From Camelus dromedarius (taxonomy: Eukaryota), in contig NC_087437.1 of NCBI RefSeq assembly GCF_036321535.1, positions 118,112,001 through 118,176,000 of the forward strand: a stretch of DNA of 64,000 nucleotides. The letters are read 5' to 3'. Position 1 is the stretch's first letter. Every line of letters begins with the position of its first letter. The notes beneath the pieces were generated by a model. The model saw only the letters and a list, made by a program, of their open reading frames with translations. It was not told where the DNA came from and ran no database searches. Below are positions 38,772 to 51,280 of the stretch, piece by piece. The position numbers and the translations under genes were made by a program.

Positions 38772-39749
38772 CTGGAAGTAGAAAAGGGGAGACAGAAAAG
38801 ACACAGGAACGAACAGGGGAAAAGGTATCTTGATTAAGCGTCGAGGATGCTTCCTCTTCCTCTAGATGCTCTAAAGGGGCTCTTCGTTCCACGTCCATAT
38901 GAGGGATCGTACTTAAGTGAAGCAGACAGTCATCTGAATGAAAACAATCCAAAACGCTTTTTCTCATTTTAGTTGTTTTATTTCGGTAATCAGAGACCAC
39001 TGGCTTTCAAAAAAGCTTTTCTTTTCCTTTGCTTTTAACTTCGTAATACAAAGAACTAATACAACTGAAACGTCTAGGAAAAAAGTTCTAGAATAATTTA
39101 TTCCTGAGACTTCAGATAAGAATTCATTTGCTTCCAATTCAGAGAAGTTTTTTGCTCTGAAATGGAAATTGTTACAGATTGATAAAAGCCAGGTTAGTAT
39201 GTGTTTCAAAGACATTCAGTAGCAAAAAAATAATAATAATAGCAGTAATTTGAATCACTATTTTGATCCTTAAGAATTATAAGTAATAATATCACTTTTC
39301 CAAAACATACCAATACATCATATGGCATCAACTAATAAAGGATGTTGTGCAAAGTTAAATTGGAAAGGCAAGCATAACCTCAAGAGTATGGGGTCCCAAG
39401 GCTGTCATCGTCTTGTAATATTCAGTCCTGTGGGCTTGCAGATATCCCACAGGGGGAGTCACTTCAACAGTGTGCATTAAACAGCAACTATGTGCCAAAC
39501 ATCTCCTCTGGGTCAGAAACTATGAGAACAAACAGGAAGTAAAGTGCAGTTTCTCCTTTAAATGAATTTATAACAGCTGGAGAAAAATCAGTGTTTTTAA
39601 AGTTTTTTTTAATGGTTCAAGTTCCTCTTGTTTGTTTTTGCTTTTGTTGTTTTGTTTTTGCTTTTGCTGTTTTGTTTTAATGTTTTTTGTTCAAGTTCTT
39701 TTGAACCAGACAGTAACAGAAGGTGGTAAAATTCAATGGCAGTGGTATC

Positions 39750-39960
39750 ATTTCCAGTGGACGCACTCCTACTGGGTGCCAATACTCCACAGAATGATTT
39801 GTAGACATTCTCCTATTTATCCTTCTGACATCTCTACAACATCTGAATTATTATTAATATGTTGGCTCTTGGATGGGACAGTGGAGGCTCAGAGAGGGGA
39901 AGTAATTTGTCCAGGGTCACACATGTAATGATACAGCTGAATCCTGGCTTTTGGACCCCA
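39750..39960 (-). mobile_element. MIR
   Basis: GGAGGCTCAGAGAGGGGAAGTAATTTGTCCAGGGTCACACA. Confidence 0.8.
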
Positions 39961-40161
39961 CTACCCAGAAAGAACTCAGAGATGAAAATCTCAGTATTGG
40001 CTTTAGCCACAAAGTAGGCTTCACAGATGATGAGGGGCCGATGCTGATGTACAGAGTGAAGAAATGGGGAGGAGAACAGCACTGCAGTGCTGTGGGAGCA
40101 GGTGGCAGGGAAGGACTGCACCACATCCTGTGAGAAGCAGTGAGAGATGAAATTGGAAAGA

Positions 40162-40582
40162 GCTGTGGTCTAGAACTCCAACTTCCAGCCCACCTGCCTC
40201 AGAATCACCTGCAGAGCTTCCGAAAACATAAATATTTCTGCCCCCAGTCACAGGAGGTTCTGGTTCTGGAGGTGAATGATGAGGTCAGGAGGAAGCTTTT
40301 TTTTTAAAATACTATTGAAGCACAGTCAGTTTGCAATGTTGTGTCCATTTCTGGTGTACAGCATACTGTTTCACTCATACACATACATACATATATTCCT
40401 TTTCATATCCTTTTTCATTATAGATTACTACAAGATATTGAATATAGTTCCTTGTGCTATACAGAAGACACCTGCTATGTATCTATTTTATATATAGTAG
40501 TGTGTATCTGCAAATCTCGAGGAAGCTTTTTGATCAACTCCCCTGTGACGGTGATATGATGGCCATGAGTCTGGGAACCAGG
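40162..40582. mobile_element. MER5A-like element interrupted by an L1 fragment
   Basis: TCAGAATCACCTGCAGAGCTT..; right part CAACTCCCCTGTGA..TGGGAACCA. Confidence 0.65.
40302..40518 (-). mobile_element. Short L1 3' end
   Basis: Antisense L1 3'UTR similar to the copies at 5970 and 48160; perfect TSD GAGGAAGCTTTTT at 40289-40301 and 40519-40531. Confidence 0.93.
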
Positions 40583-40829
40583 GGGCCAAGGACCCTGCGA
40601 AGCCAATGAGGGGGTTATATTTGCTGTGATAAGACTAGAACTGGGGCTCTGTGATTACAGGTACCTGGCGGTCTTGCATCTCCAGCACCTAGCGCAGTAT
40701 CTGGAGCAGAGTGAAACATTTTCTAACGGATGTGTGAGCAGATGGGCGGTGGATGGAGGAGGAACCTGAGCTGACTCCACTTGGTCCACATTTGCTCTAG
40801 AGACCACCAGCCTCATTGTGCATAAGAGT

Positions 40830-41170
40830 CATTGTCAGGGGTAGGAAGGGGAACTGGAGGATGGTGGCCAGAAGGTACACACTTCCAGTTATAAGATAAG
40901 CCCTAGGGACATGAAGCACAATGTTAACACAGCTGTATGCTGTGTTTGTATGTTAACAAAGCTGTTAAGAAAGCAGACCCTAAGAATCCTCATCCCAAAA
41001 AGAACTTTTTCTTTTCTTTTCTTTCTTTTTATTGTATCTATAGAAGACGATGGATAGTAACTAAACTCATTGTGCTAATCACATTATATGTAAATCAAAC
41101 CATCATGCAGTGTACCTTAAACTGCACATTGGTGTATGTTACTGATTCCTCAATAAAACTGGAAAAAATT
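40830..41170 (+). mobile_element. L1MA-like 3' end
   Basis: AAGGTACACACTTCCAGTTATAAGATAA..GTAAATCAAACCATCATGCAGTGTACCTTAAAC..CAATAAAACTGGAAAAAA. Confidence 0.85.
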
Positions 41171-42474
41171 AAGTGAGAAGAAAAGCAGCAATCATTGTGG
41201 ACCTTGTTAAACTCCCAAGTTCCCAAAGCCCAGCCCAGAGAATCTGATTCGGTTGTTCCAAGACAGGGATTCAGCATGACGGTGGTTTTAGAACTCCACT
41301 TAGATTTCACCTCCTGGCAGAGCAAGAAGAACCTGTGAATAGTACGCAGTGGGCCAATGAACTACCCCTTTCTAGTAAGAGCGTAAAGCCAAACCTGAAT
41401 TTTATGACACTTCTCACTTCAGCGAATAGTGTTTGGGGGAAGACTGAAGCAATTTATCTGCAGCTGGGCCTCTCGTTAGTGTGGACACAAACGTGAAAAG
41501 CCCAGAATACGAAAGGATGAGAGGTACAGTTTAACATCTGAGGGGATTTACAATGCTTGTTTCGTTTAAAAATAGATTAAAAAATAAAGCTGCAAGATTT
41601 TAAAAATTATTTTTGAGGTAACTAGAAGCCAGACCCTCATATTCTTTTATTACATTGTACAAATATGGATCCATGGGGGAAAAAAAGCTGTGTTTTGTTC
41701 AGGCTTCAGGTTTGGCCACAGATGCACACACCAGGAGCTGTCACTTCAGTGACATTTTCCTAGTGTAACAGTATAATGGAGTCTTTCATGAAGAGTTTAT
41801 ACTCTCTTCCTGCATGTTTTCTCCCTAACATTTCCCCTTTCTTCCCACTTCGATGGTTGTTTGATGTCCTGGAAGCTACAGCAATTAAGGAAAACGTTCT
41901 TGGGCACAGAAATAACAATCAGCACCGTCTCTCATGGTTTTGATGATTTAATGTGCTACACAGGCACTCAAAGCCACAAAAGATGCAATGATCAAATCTG
42001 AAGTCGCTAACAAAGAGTGACATAAACCATGAACCAAGAGAAAAAGATTTTATTAGAGATGATGATACGTATAGATGAAATTTAGCTAGAGTGTAGAAGG
42101 CTGTTAATTGAACCATGGGAAAGCGGTGAAAGCATTATTTATGGAATAATGTGGTGCGTGTGCACTGTTCTTTCTGAGGCATCCCCTAGTCAGTTACCTT
42201 AGCTCTAAATATAAGGATCCCAACTTAGATTTACTGGTAACAGGAGAGTGAGTGGGTGAGAAGAGGCCCCAAATCCCATGGCCAGGCCCCAAGATCACAA
42301 GGTCCTTCCTTCCTGTTTTATGTGATAAGCTCACATTACTTTCCTTTGTCTGGGGCAAACATTCCCATAATTTGCAAAACACTGTCACATTTAGTGATAT
42401 TGGGTCGAGGGCCTAGATACCATGTGCTTATTATACAGTTATTTTACCCCATTCACTTCTCTCTCCCCCCCCCC

Positions 42475-42554
42475 AATGGCGGTACTGGGGATTGCACCCA
42501 GGACTTCACATGCATGCTAAGCCCAGGCTCTGCCACTGAGCTATATCCTCCCCC
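42475..42554 (-). mobile_element. tRNA-derived short SINE (Vic-1-like)
   Basis: Reverse complement reads GGGGGAGGATATAGCTCAGTGGCAGAGC..CCTGGGTGCAATCCCCAGTACC; same family as 16291. Confidence 0.85.
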
Positions 42555-44809
42555 TTATCCTGTTCACTCTTAAAGCCCACTCAATTTAGCAAGAGGGAGA
42601 AATGGAACCTCAAACACGAAAGAGTATTCATCATGGTTTCTTGGTAAACTAAAGATATTTCATGAGGAAGAGAAGGAGGGAAGGCTGGAAGAAGGAAAGA
42701 AAATGCCATTCAAACTAAAACATACTTTGTTTTGTTCATGGAATATCCCACATCCAATGGATTATTTGAACAATCTGTGGCATTAAAGGTATTTCCTCCA
42801 AAAAGTGTAACAGGTGCAGAGTGGTCAATGATGATGAAAACTGCACATCAGTTATAACCCCGTGGGCTTCGGGCTAGAACATTAACTGCATTAACTAAAG
42901 AGATAGCCTTATCAGAGAGGAGGCTGGGGATAAAGGGCCAAGGCCAGGGATAAAGGGCCAAGAGACTGTTCTAATGAAGGAAGCCAGCTGGGAAAAGAGA
43001 GACATTATGGGTGGAGTAAAGGCCCAGAATTGAATTACCTCAAAAATCACTGAAAGAAGTGGGTGTTCACCTGATCTCCTGAACTCTGATTTCTTGTTCC
43101 CAAGGAGAAATACTGAGGCTTTGGCTCAGACTAGAGTCGGTTTCTGTTGCCCACTGACAACGTCATACGGTTTCTTTGCTCTGAGTTTATCTAGTTTTTC
43201 TTCCTTGGGTGAAACATTTAGAAGTAACAGAAATATTAACCGCAAATAGAAAGTATCTAAAAGGAAAGTCAGCAAGCAGAAAAGATTACAGGAGAAAATG
43301 GAACATGGAATAAATGTGGTAGAGAGCTCGTGTGTGGTTAAATTTCAGGGGGTTAGCACACCTTGCTCCCAAGGCCAGGGACCAGACTCCCCAGGGGGTA
43401 CTGGACTGTCCCCCGAATCCCGAACAAGGGCTGCTGAGGAGCTGCGTGCCTCACCTCCCACACGTGATGGGAAGTCATGCTCCGGTACAGACCCCAGGTT
43501 TTCTTGCAAAGTTTCTCTTTGCTCTAAGCTACGACCCTATGCATTCTTGCTGAGAATCTATAACATTGTAGAGACACAAAGCTGTTGAAACTCTGCTCTG
43601 GGTTTTCAAAGGAGGAAAAGTTCCAGCTACGACTACTCCCTGGGTTATGCTAATTTATCACTGTGAGGTTAAGTTTCCTGATCCTTTAACCATCATTGTA
43701 TCGGTGTCTGCATTGAAGGAGTTGTTGAAATTCACAGGACTGACATCAGCCAAATGTTACTGTAGAGATGTGTATACTATAATTACAACTTGGAAAAGCC
43801 AGTCAATTGCTCCTAAATTATAAATGCAACAACCTTTGCCTAGACCCTATGTTTCTCTGGTAATTATATTTATATCCTCATTTCTACAAAATGTTCTTGA
43901 AACTTCTGTAATGTTTCTCTATCGGACATATTTAAGAAAACAACTATAAAAATAGCCTATTAAATGTTCCCAAACTAATAGTTCAAAAAATCTGATTAAA
44001 CACCCGTCTTAGATTAATGATACCAAGTAACATTTGATGTATTTATTATAAATTTTATGTAAGTTTTTATTATTATTAAATAAATTTCTGACTGACCTTG
44101 GAGAAATTCCAGTACCTAAACCATACTCCAGGGTCTAAAACGGCAAAATTTGTAGGGACAGGACAAAGATTTAACAGTGCCAGCATAGTTACAAAACAGA
44201 ACCTTTGGCAGAGTTAGAATATAAACTACACATCAAGTGAAATATCATGTCCATTCAAAATATACCTTATGCAAATGTTCATCTTCAAAACTCATCATAT
44301 TACAGTATGTGACAGCTACTTATTTTTTCCTGACTCAGAAACTCAGAAAAGACTTTCAACACTAACCAAATTTGGCTGGTTTATGTGACACCATTCATTG
44401 GCATGAAAAATAAGGCACTGAATATCATCCTGCTGCTTTCAAATATCCAGATTTTCTGGAATGATCCAAGCATGTGAGTCTTGCAGATTGGAAGTGCCAC
44501 CCAACAATGTGCAGTGGGCAGACATTAACGTTTGCTGGAGAAACAAAATGAGGTAAGTTGGTAAGTCGGTGCATGCATGAGAACATGTGCAGACTGAGAA
44601 GAAAAATAAATGGAAAAACAGAGGTAACAAACTGGTATATTTTGCATTCTTGCAACAGTTAAAATTAGGATTTTGAAAAAGTAGAATAAAAGAGTTGGTA
44701 ACTACCACACTGTACAGGGGTGATATTAAAATATTCAATAACCCATATAATTGTATAAATTATTAATTAAGTAAAAATTAAAAAATTTTCTCCAATCTTT
44801 TTCTTTGAC

Positions 44810-44880
44810 TATATATATATACATATGTATATACATATATATGTATCTGCACACATACATGCACATGCGCACACACACAG
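44810..44880. repeat. (TA)/(CA) low-complexity tract
   Basis: Seen directly. Confidence 0.85.
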
Positions 44881-47214
44881 TAAAACCTCTCAGCAAGTGA
44901 CTAAAACTATAGTACCAATTGTTCACTAAGTCCTTACACTTCTGATTTTACAAACTGCCAGTGTGAGGGTTCATTTGCCGAGACTGTCCCCAGATGAACT
45001 GTGCCCCTAGCTGAGCCATGACTAGGCATCATACACTTTCATCACCTCCCCAGAAGTCGACAGTGGTTAGGCCCCTGCACCTGGCTGCAGAGCAGGTGTT
45101 TTGGCTGGATGTGCCCCCCAGATGCCAGGAATTTCCGTATCACCTAGACTTAAAAGACTGGTGTCTCGGCCCCAAGCCCAATTCCCCAATGTTGCCTTCA
45201 GCCCCTCACCTATTTTGCTGTCCCACCACCTCTGGACACCCTCAGAGCAGCAGTGGCATCGCACACACCCTGCCTCTAACCTTCATCTCTGTCCCCATCT
45301 AAGACAGCCCTACTCCCAGAACCTCACTACCTCTGTGGCCTCCATGGGGCAATGCCATTAGATCCTTTGTAGTCTCAATTAGTAGACTATTTCTGTTTAT
45401 TAAGTGCTACAGAAGAACATTTTAAAGAATATATAACCATAGGTAATGTTATATTGCACACTGTGTATCAGCTGAATATATTGTCTGCTCTAAATATATT
45501 GTCCCTTTTGCCCTGGCAATGAAACCTCAATACAACAGCCTGGAAATGAGAACAAGAGTAAGCAGTGATCGAGAACCATGTGACCAGGCAGTTCTATGTT
45601 AGAGGTGGTCTAGGAAGAAGTCTGGGAGGTGACCTGTAAGGTCACTAGAGAGAGAAGCTGTGCAGGAAGGTTAAGTGGAGCCCAAGTGCACCACAGGCCA
45701 GGTGTCCCCTCTCGGTTTGGTTGATACCAGTTCCACTTTGCACTTCACTTTGCTTCACCTGTTCTACCTGTAGGCATCGCCTGCTGGAAGGAGACGTGGA
45801 GAAGAAAGTGGCCTTTGCTCCGTGTGCACAGCTGGAGAGGCAGTGGCTCTGATAGCCTTCCTTGCTACTTCCAGTGTGTCGTGAGCTCCAACAGCAGGGG
45901 TGAGAAGCCCAGAGGGGGAGGTGGGACTCTCACCAGGGCAGAACACAGCTCACTGCGGGGGATGGGGGTGGGGGGGTGAGGAATAGGCAGTGGCCACATA
46001 ACACTTTATGTGGTGCCGCGGAATCACAGATGGGGACTTTTCTTGTCTCCTTTTGAATTGAACTGCTTCCAGAGGTCAAACACCAAAAACAAATACCTTT
46101 TCTTTTGGAGGAAGGCTTTGTTTTCATCCAAGCATCTGCAAGCATTTATCACCTACCCATCATATTTTTGCATGATGCTTGAGGCAACATTTCTACTTAT
46201 CATTAACTAAGTGCTTTGGCTCCAGCTAAGTGAGGATGCTTATAACCTGTCAGGGGTGGAGGTATTTAGTCCATTTTTACCCATGACATCATGCATGGCT
46301 CCAAGAAGGAAGCCTTGAATGTGCGAGAATGTTAATGGGGATGTCGGGAAGAGGAGTGACAAGGGAGTAGGTAAGGCAGGAGCTTAGTTTAGGAGTTTTC
46401 CCAGGTTCCCACTGCCAACCAGCTGTCCAGCTCAGGAGCCGCAGCACAACCTGGCCTGGAGGAAGAGCCCAGCCTCTCCTGGAACAGTACGGCTGGGACG
46501 GTGGGGCAGCTTTGGGTGCACACAAGCCACAGGTTCTGCAGTTCAGGTATTCAGCTCCAAACTCTGGGCATACAGATCCATCTCAGGGAGAAGCAGCTCT
46601 TGCAGGGACAGCCCAACTAGGTTTGGTTTTGAATCATAATGTGTAAGGCTGCCAGGTTTTGAGGGTCCTCAGTAAATTGCTGAGCATAATTATGATGGCA
46701 GGAGCTAATGGAATCTTTAAAAATAGCAGCAGAAGATTATGAATTTGCTTCTCGTGAGCCTCCTATTTGATTCAAAAGTTCACACATCCTTGTTCGGTCC
46801 CGAGAGCCTTGATATAAGGCCATGAACTGCTCTAAGCACTGACAAGTCTTGGTTCTCATTTGAAAAGAGGTAAGGCCAGGATATTTGCTCGTATCTCATC
46901 TGCATCATCTCAACAATCATTTCCCACCTCTCTGATTTACACTTGTAAAAGCAACTCACTTGTTTCTTCCAACCTGAAGAATGATGAGAAGTCCTTGGAG
47001 TAGAGTTACTTGGTCATTTAAAGATTTAAATTATCTTGTCAACTGCAAACTCTACTGCAGCTTAACCAGGGCTGTAGTGTATTATACCCTGTATTTTTTC
47101 TATATCAGACATTATTGATTGATTACCTAAGAGCTATCTCAATTTAGTTTTGAAGGAAATATACTGTTTTAGGGGATGAATTATATTTTATTTAAATCAA
47201 ACACACCAAACTAA

Positions 47215-47560
47215 ATCCCTCTGTCAGTGGTTGATCTAGGTGGGCCTGTGACCCAATTCTGGCCAGTGAGATAAAAGGGGGACATCTTCTAGGTGCTTGG
47301 GACAAGGTTTTCCTCCTTAACAAGGAACAAACACAAGAGGAGAGAGCTGTCCCTACCATCTGATCTTGTCATGTCCTCTGGGCCCACACATCCCCGTTTA
47401 GTGCGCGCCATTCTTTCTCCTCCACTGTATGCTCTGTCCTTTGCTGTTTTAATCTGAATCCTCTCACTGTAAACTATAACCTGAAAGAACAGCTTTTCAG
47501 AAATCCATGGGTCCTTTCAGTAATTGCCAAACCTGGGAATGCTCCTGGGGACCTCAACAG
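47215..47560 (+). mobile_element. Composite ERVL LTR fragments (LTR33/MLT-like, then MER21-like 3' end)
   Basis: GTGACCCAATTCTGGCCAGTGAGATAAAAGGGG; CCTTTGCTGTTTTAATCTG..AAACCTGGGAATGCTCCTGGGGACCTC. Confidence 0.6.
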
Positions 47561-48159
47561 AGCCTGACTTTCCTATTTGGGTTCTGCTTGACAACATGGC
47601 CTGGAAGCAGTAGAGAAAAGACAACAACTTTGGTGTGTCCAGTTGGGACAGCCTCAGAGTGCCTACCTCCAGTGGGTGTGGTGAGCAATCAGGCATTTTC
47701 AGAGTACAGGGCCACAGAAGCTGTGAGAGAACCCTTTCTGGAGAGGCATTAAATTAATAGTTAAGGCCACACGAGGCCACAGGCAATCTGCTGAGACTGA
47801 CGGGAGTATGAAAGATCCAGCAGCTGCTCAGGGTGATCACGGATTGTCATCAGTGATGCAGAGAAGTCCATATCCTCCAGCTCCCTGCTCTAATGCATCA
47901 GTTTCAGGTTGAACTGCTGAACACAGTAGAAGTCCCCTAGATGGAGGCTGGAGGAGACCCCAAATTGACTGAGCAATCCCTGAACTGAATATGATCATCA
48001 CAAACTACATACATTCAGGTTCCACCATCTGGGGTAATTCAGTATATGTTACAAATTAAGTTGAGCTATACAAAAATAAAATACCAGTTCTAACACATGC
48101 TATACTTGTGGCTTAAGATCCACATCTATTACATACATTAAAAATTTTTAGTTTTTTAA

Positions 48160-48527
48160 GAAAGAAAAATAGCATATGAATAAAACTCATGTGGAACTTA
48201 TTTACAAAACAGAAACAGACTCACAGACATAGAAAACAAACTTAAGGTTACTAGCAGGGAAGGAGTGGGAAGGGATAAATTGGAAGTTTGAGATCTGCAG
48301 ATACTGACTGGTATATATGAAATAGATAAACAAGTTTATACTGTATAGCACAGGGAACTATATTCGGTATCTTGTAGAGCTTATGGTTAAAAAGAATATT
48401 AAAACAAATGTATGTATGTTCATGAATGACTGAAGCCTTGTGCTGTACTCCAGAAATTGACACAACATTGTAAACTGGCTATATTTCAATAAAAAAAGAA
48501 AGCTATATTTCAATTAAAAAAAAAAAA
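48160..48527 (+). mobile_element. L1 3' end with duplicated terminus
   Basis: ACAGAAACAGACTCACAGACATAGAAAACAAAC..GACACAACATTGTAAACTG, then two A-tails. Confidence 0.92.
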
Positions 48528-48823
48528 GTTAAAGTTTTTTTAACCCAGTCACCTAGGCAATAATCCTAAGGGAAAATCTTTTTGTTTTTCCTTACAAATC
48601 ATATTGACTATCAGGCAGATGAACACAAACATTAGATGTGCAAGATCAAGCCCCATTTAGCAACTTAAGTAGAAATGGATTTCTAGGCTGTGTTTGTGGA
48701 AGTGTGTGTTCAGTGTTCCAGTGTTGGCGCAGGATCACCGGCAGCATTTCCTGACACTGCTTTGGTCCCGGCATGTCACAGCTGATGTGCAGCAAGGATA
48801 TCCAGCCCATTTTGATTGCTTAT

Positions 48824-49313
48824 TGTATCAGTTTCCTCTTGTGGTTGCAACAAATCACCACAACCTTGTGGCTTAAAACAACACAAATTTAGTATCTTAT
48901 GGATTTAGAGAGCAGAATCCTAAATGGTATCACTGGGCTAAAATCAAGGTGTGGGCAGGGGTGTGTTCCTTCGGAAGGCTCCAAGGGAAAGTCTGTTCCC
49001 TGCCTTTTCCAGCTTCAAAAGGTTGCCTGCATTCCTTGCCTTGTGGCCCCTTTCTCGATCTTCAAATCCAGCATGACAGGCTGATTCCTTATCACCTTGC
49101 CTCTTTTGAGTCTGGCCCTCCTGCCCCCTCTTTGCCTTATAAAGACCCTTGTGATTACATCAGGCCCACCCGTATAATCCAGGGTACTCTCCCCATCTCA
49201 AGGACCTTAATCACATCTGCACAAAGTCCCTTTTGCCCTGTAAGCTTACATAATCACAAGTCCTGAAAATGAGGATATTGGCATCCTTGGGACTAATTAT
49301 TCTGCTGAACACA
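48824..49313 (-). mobile_element. MLT1C/D MaLR solo LTR within an L2 remnant
   Basis: TGTATCAGTTTCC..GGCTTAAAACAACACAAATTT..CTTAATCACATCTGC..ACA; flanks CTTAT/CTTAG (5-bp TSD, 1 mismatch). Confidence 0.9.
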
Positions 49314-51074
49314 CTTAGTAAGTACCAGCCTCTGGTCCAGAAGTTAAGATGCAGCAGTGAATTAAAGCATCCCCTCTGCCATCAAGGTGCTCTCAATTTA
49401 GACAGGGAGATAAACATGGAAATGTGATCACTGCTTTAAGCAACCAGAGGAGAAGAGAGCCCCTGGCTCCAGGCTTCCTGCAGTGTGCAGTCCAAGGCAT
49501 GAAGCACATGTTAGACATCCCGCCAGAAACTAGATGTTTAAGGACAATGCATCTTTCTTGTTCCCTACTTCCAGAAGCTAAAATATCACTCTCATTACAT
49601 TTCATCATTTTTACTCCCTTTTAAAGGCTACATTTTATCTTTCTTGACATTTCTATTTTATTTTCATACACAAATGCTAACGACCTCCAGGTCCCTTCAA
49701 AATCCTAACAGGGAAAATTTTCATCTACTTTTGCAAACCTCACAGCTAAGCCCTGTTGTGCATGAGCAAATGCTATTGTCACTTCCTCCATTAGTAACTG
49801 CACTGCCAAACAAGCGGTGTGTTATTTCTTCGCTCCAGTCCCAAGTTGACAGGGAAGCCGAAATGCCCTATTAGACAGTTTAATACAAAAAGTGTTTGTC
49901 CGCACAAGCCTGCTATGTTTTTCTTGTTTTGTTTTGTTTTGTTTTTTTAAGAACAAGATGGATCATTTTTGTGCCATTCCTGCCACATTTCTCTATCATT
50001 TTGTTGTGGCTGCTACCTCAAGACAATGAATTGCAATAATATAATTTTTCTTCTTAGCTGTCTTTGATGTTGGCAATTTAAAGGCTAGAGTTTAATTGCA
50101 TATGACATAGGGACAAAAATGACTATGCCTACTGATTTCAGACGCACAGCGAGGAAAGCAAGAAATAGAAACCGGCAGAATCCCATCAGCTCAGCTTAAG
50201 TAAGGGTATGATGGTGGAATGTATCTTATTTTATATTATCTTATAGATCAAAATTGAGAATACATCAGTTTTTTCATTAGACAAAGCATATTAAGGCCAA
50301 CTACATACAAAGCACTATTCTACATTAACCCTTAATGCAAGTATAGTACCCCAATCATTTCATATCTATCCATAAAAAAGTAACTATTTTAAAAATTAAG
50401 ATACTTGCTTAATAAAGTTTTCAAAAAAATTTAAATGCCTATTCTAGACAAATCATATATATTATAAGAAAGTCTGTGCAACAGTGAGCTGATTTGATGT
50501 CTCTTTCTAGACCATAACAGAATGTAAATCAGCTCTTTGTGACCTTGAGAGGACTGAAGCTTACAGAGTCATGAGCACTGCTGTTTCAGGGGCAGGGATA
50601 CCCTACCTAATCTTCCATCCCCAAGGGTTCCTTACAGGCTGACATGAGGAATACATCAATAATTAGCCCTTAAGATGCGATTCTCTGTTGGCCTAATTAT
50701 TTGGGCCATTTTCATAGACAATAAAAGCAAATAAATGAGAATACAACTCTTTTCAAATGTAAAGGGAGTTAAAAAGCAACATCAGGGGGCTAGTTCAAGT
50801 GCCTTTCAAACTGAAAAAAAAAGTGAAATGGAACAAGTCTAAGGTTCTATTTTCAGTTGAGAACAAGAGAGCCAGAGAGCTGCATGAAAGTAGGAGTAAC
50901 CACAGACTCTGAGGACTTAAGTGTCCTCAGTCCTAAAGCAACCTGGCTACTATTTCCTGGAAACCACGTGGACAGGCAGAAACATATCTTCTAGAATGTG
51001 GCAGTTAGATTAGGGAGGGCTCAGCAGGAGAACCAATGCTGTGCTAGTTTGGTAAGTACCAGTGGTACAAAGTG

Positions 51075-51280
51075 ATAACATTTTTACAAATGTCTGGAAG
51101 GACAGACAAGAAATGAATAGCCATAGCTACCTATCTGAGGGTAGGGTATGCCCATCTGGGATCAGAGCCGTGAGGGGCTTGTGGTGGGACTATAATTTTC
51201 TCTATATAATTTTTTATACTTTTTGAGTTTTGAATAATGAATGCATTGTCTATTTACAAAAGTAAATAAAATAACAAGAA
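51075..51280 (+). mobile_element. Ancient L1ME-like 3' end
   Basis: GTCTGGAAGGACAGACAAGAAA..TATACTTTTTGAGTTTTGAA..ATGCATTG..AAATAAAATA. Confidence 0.6.
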
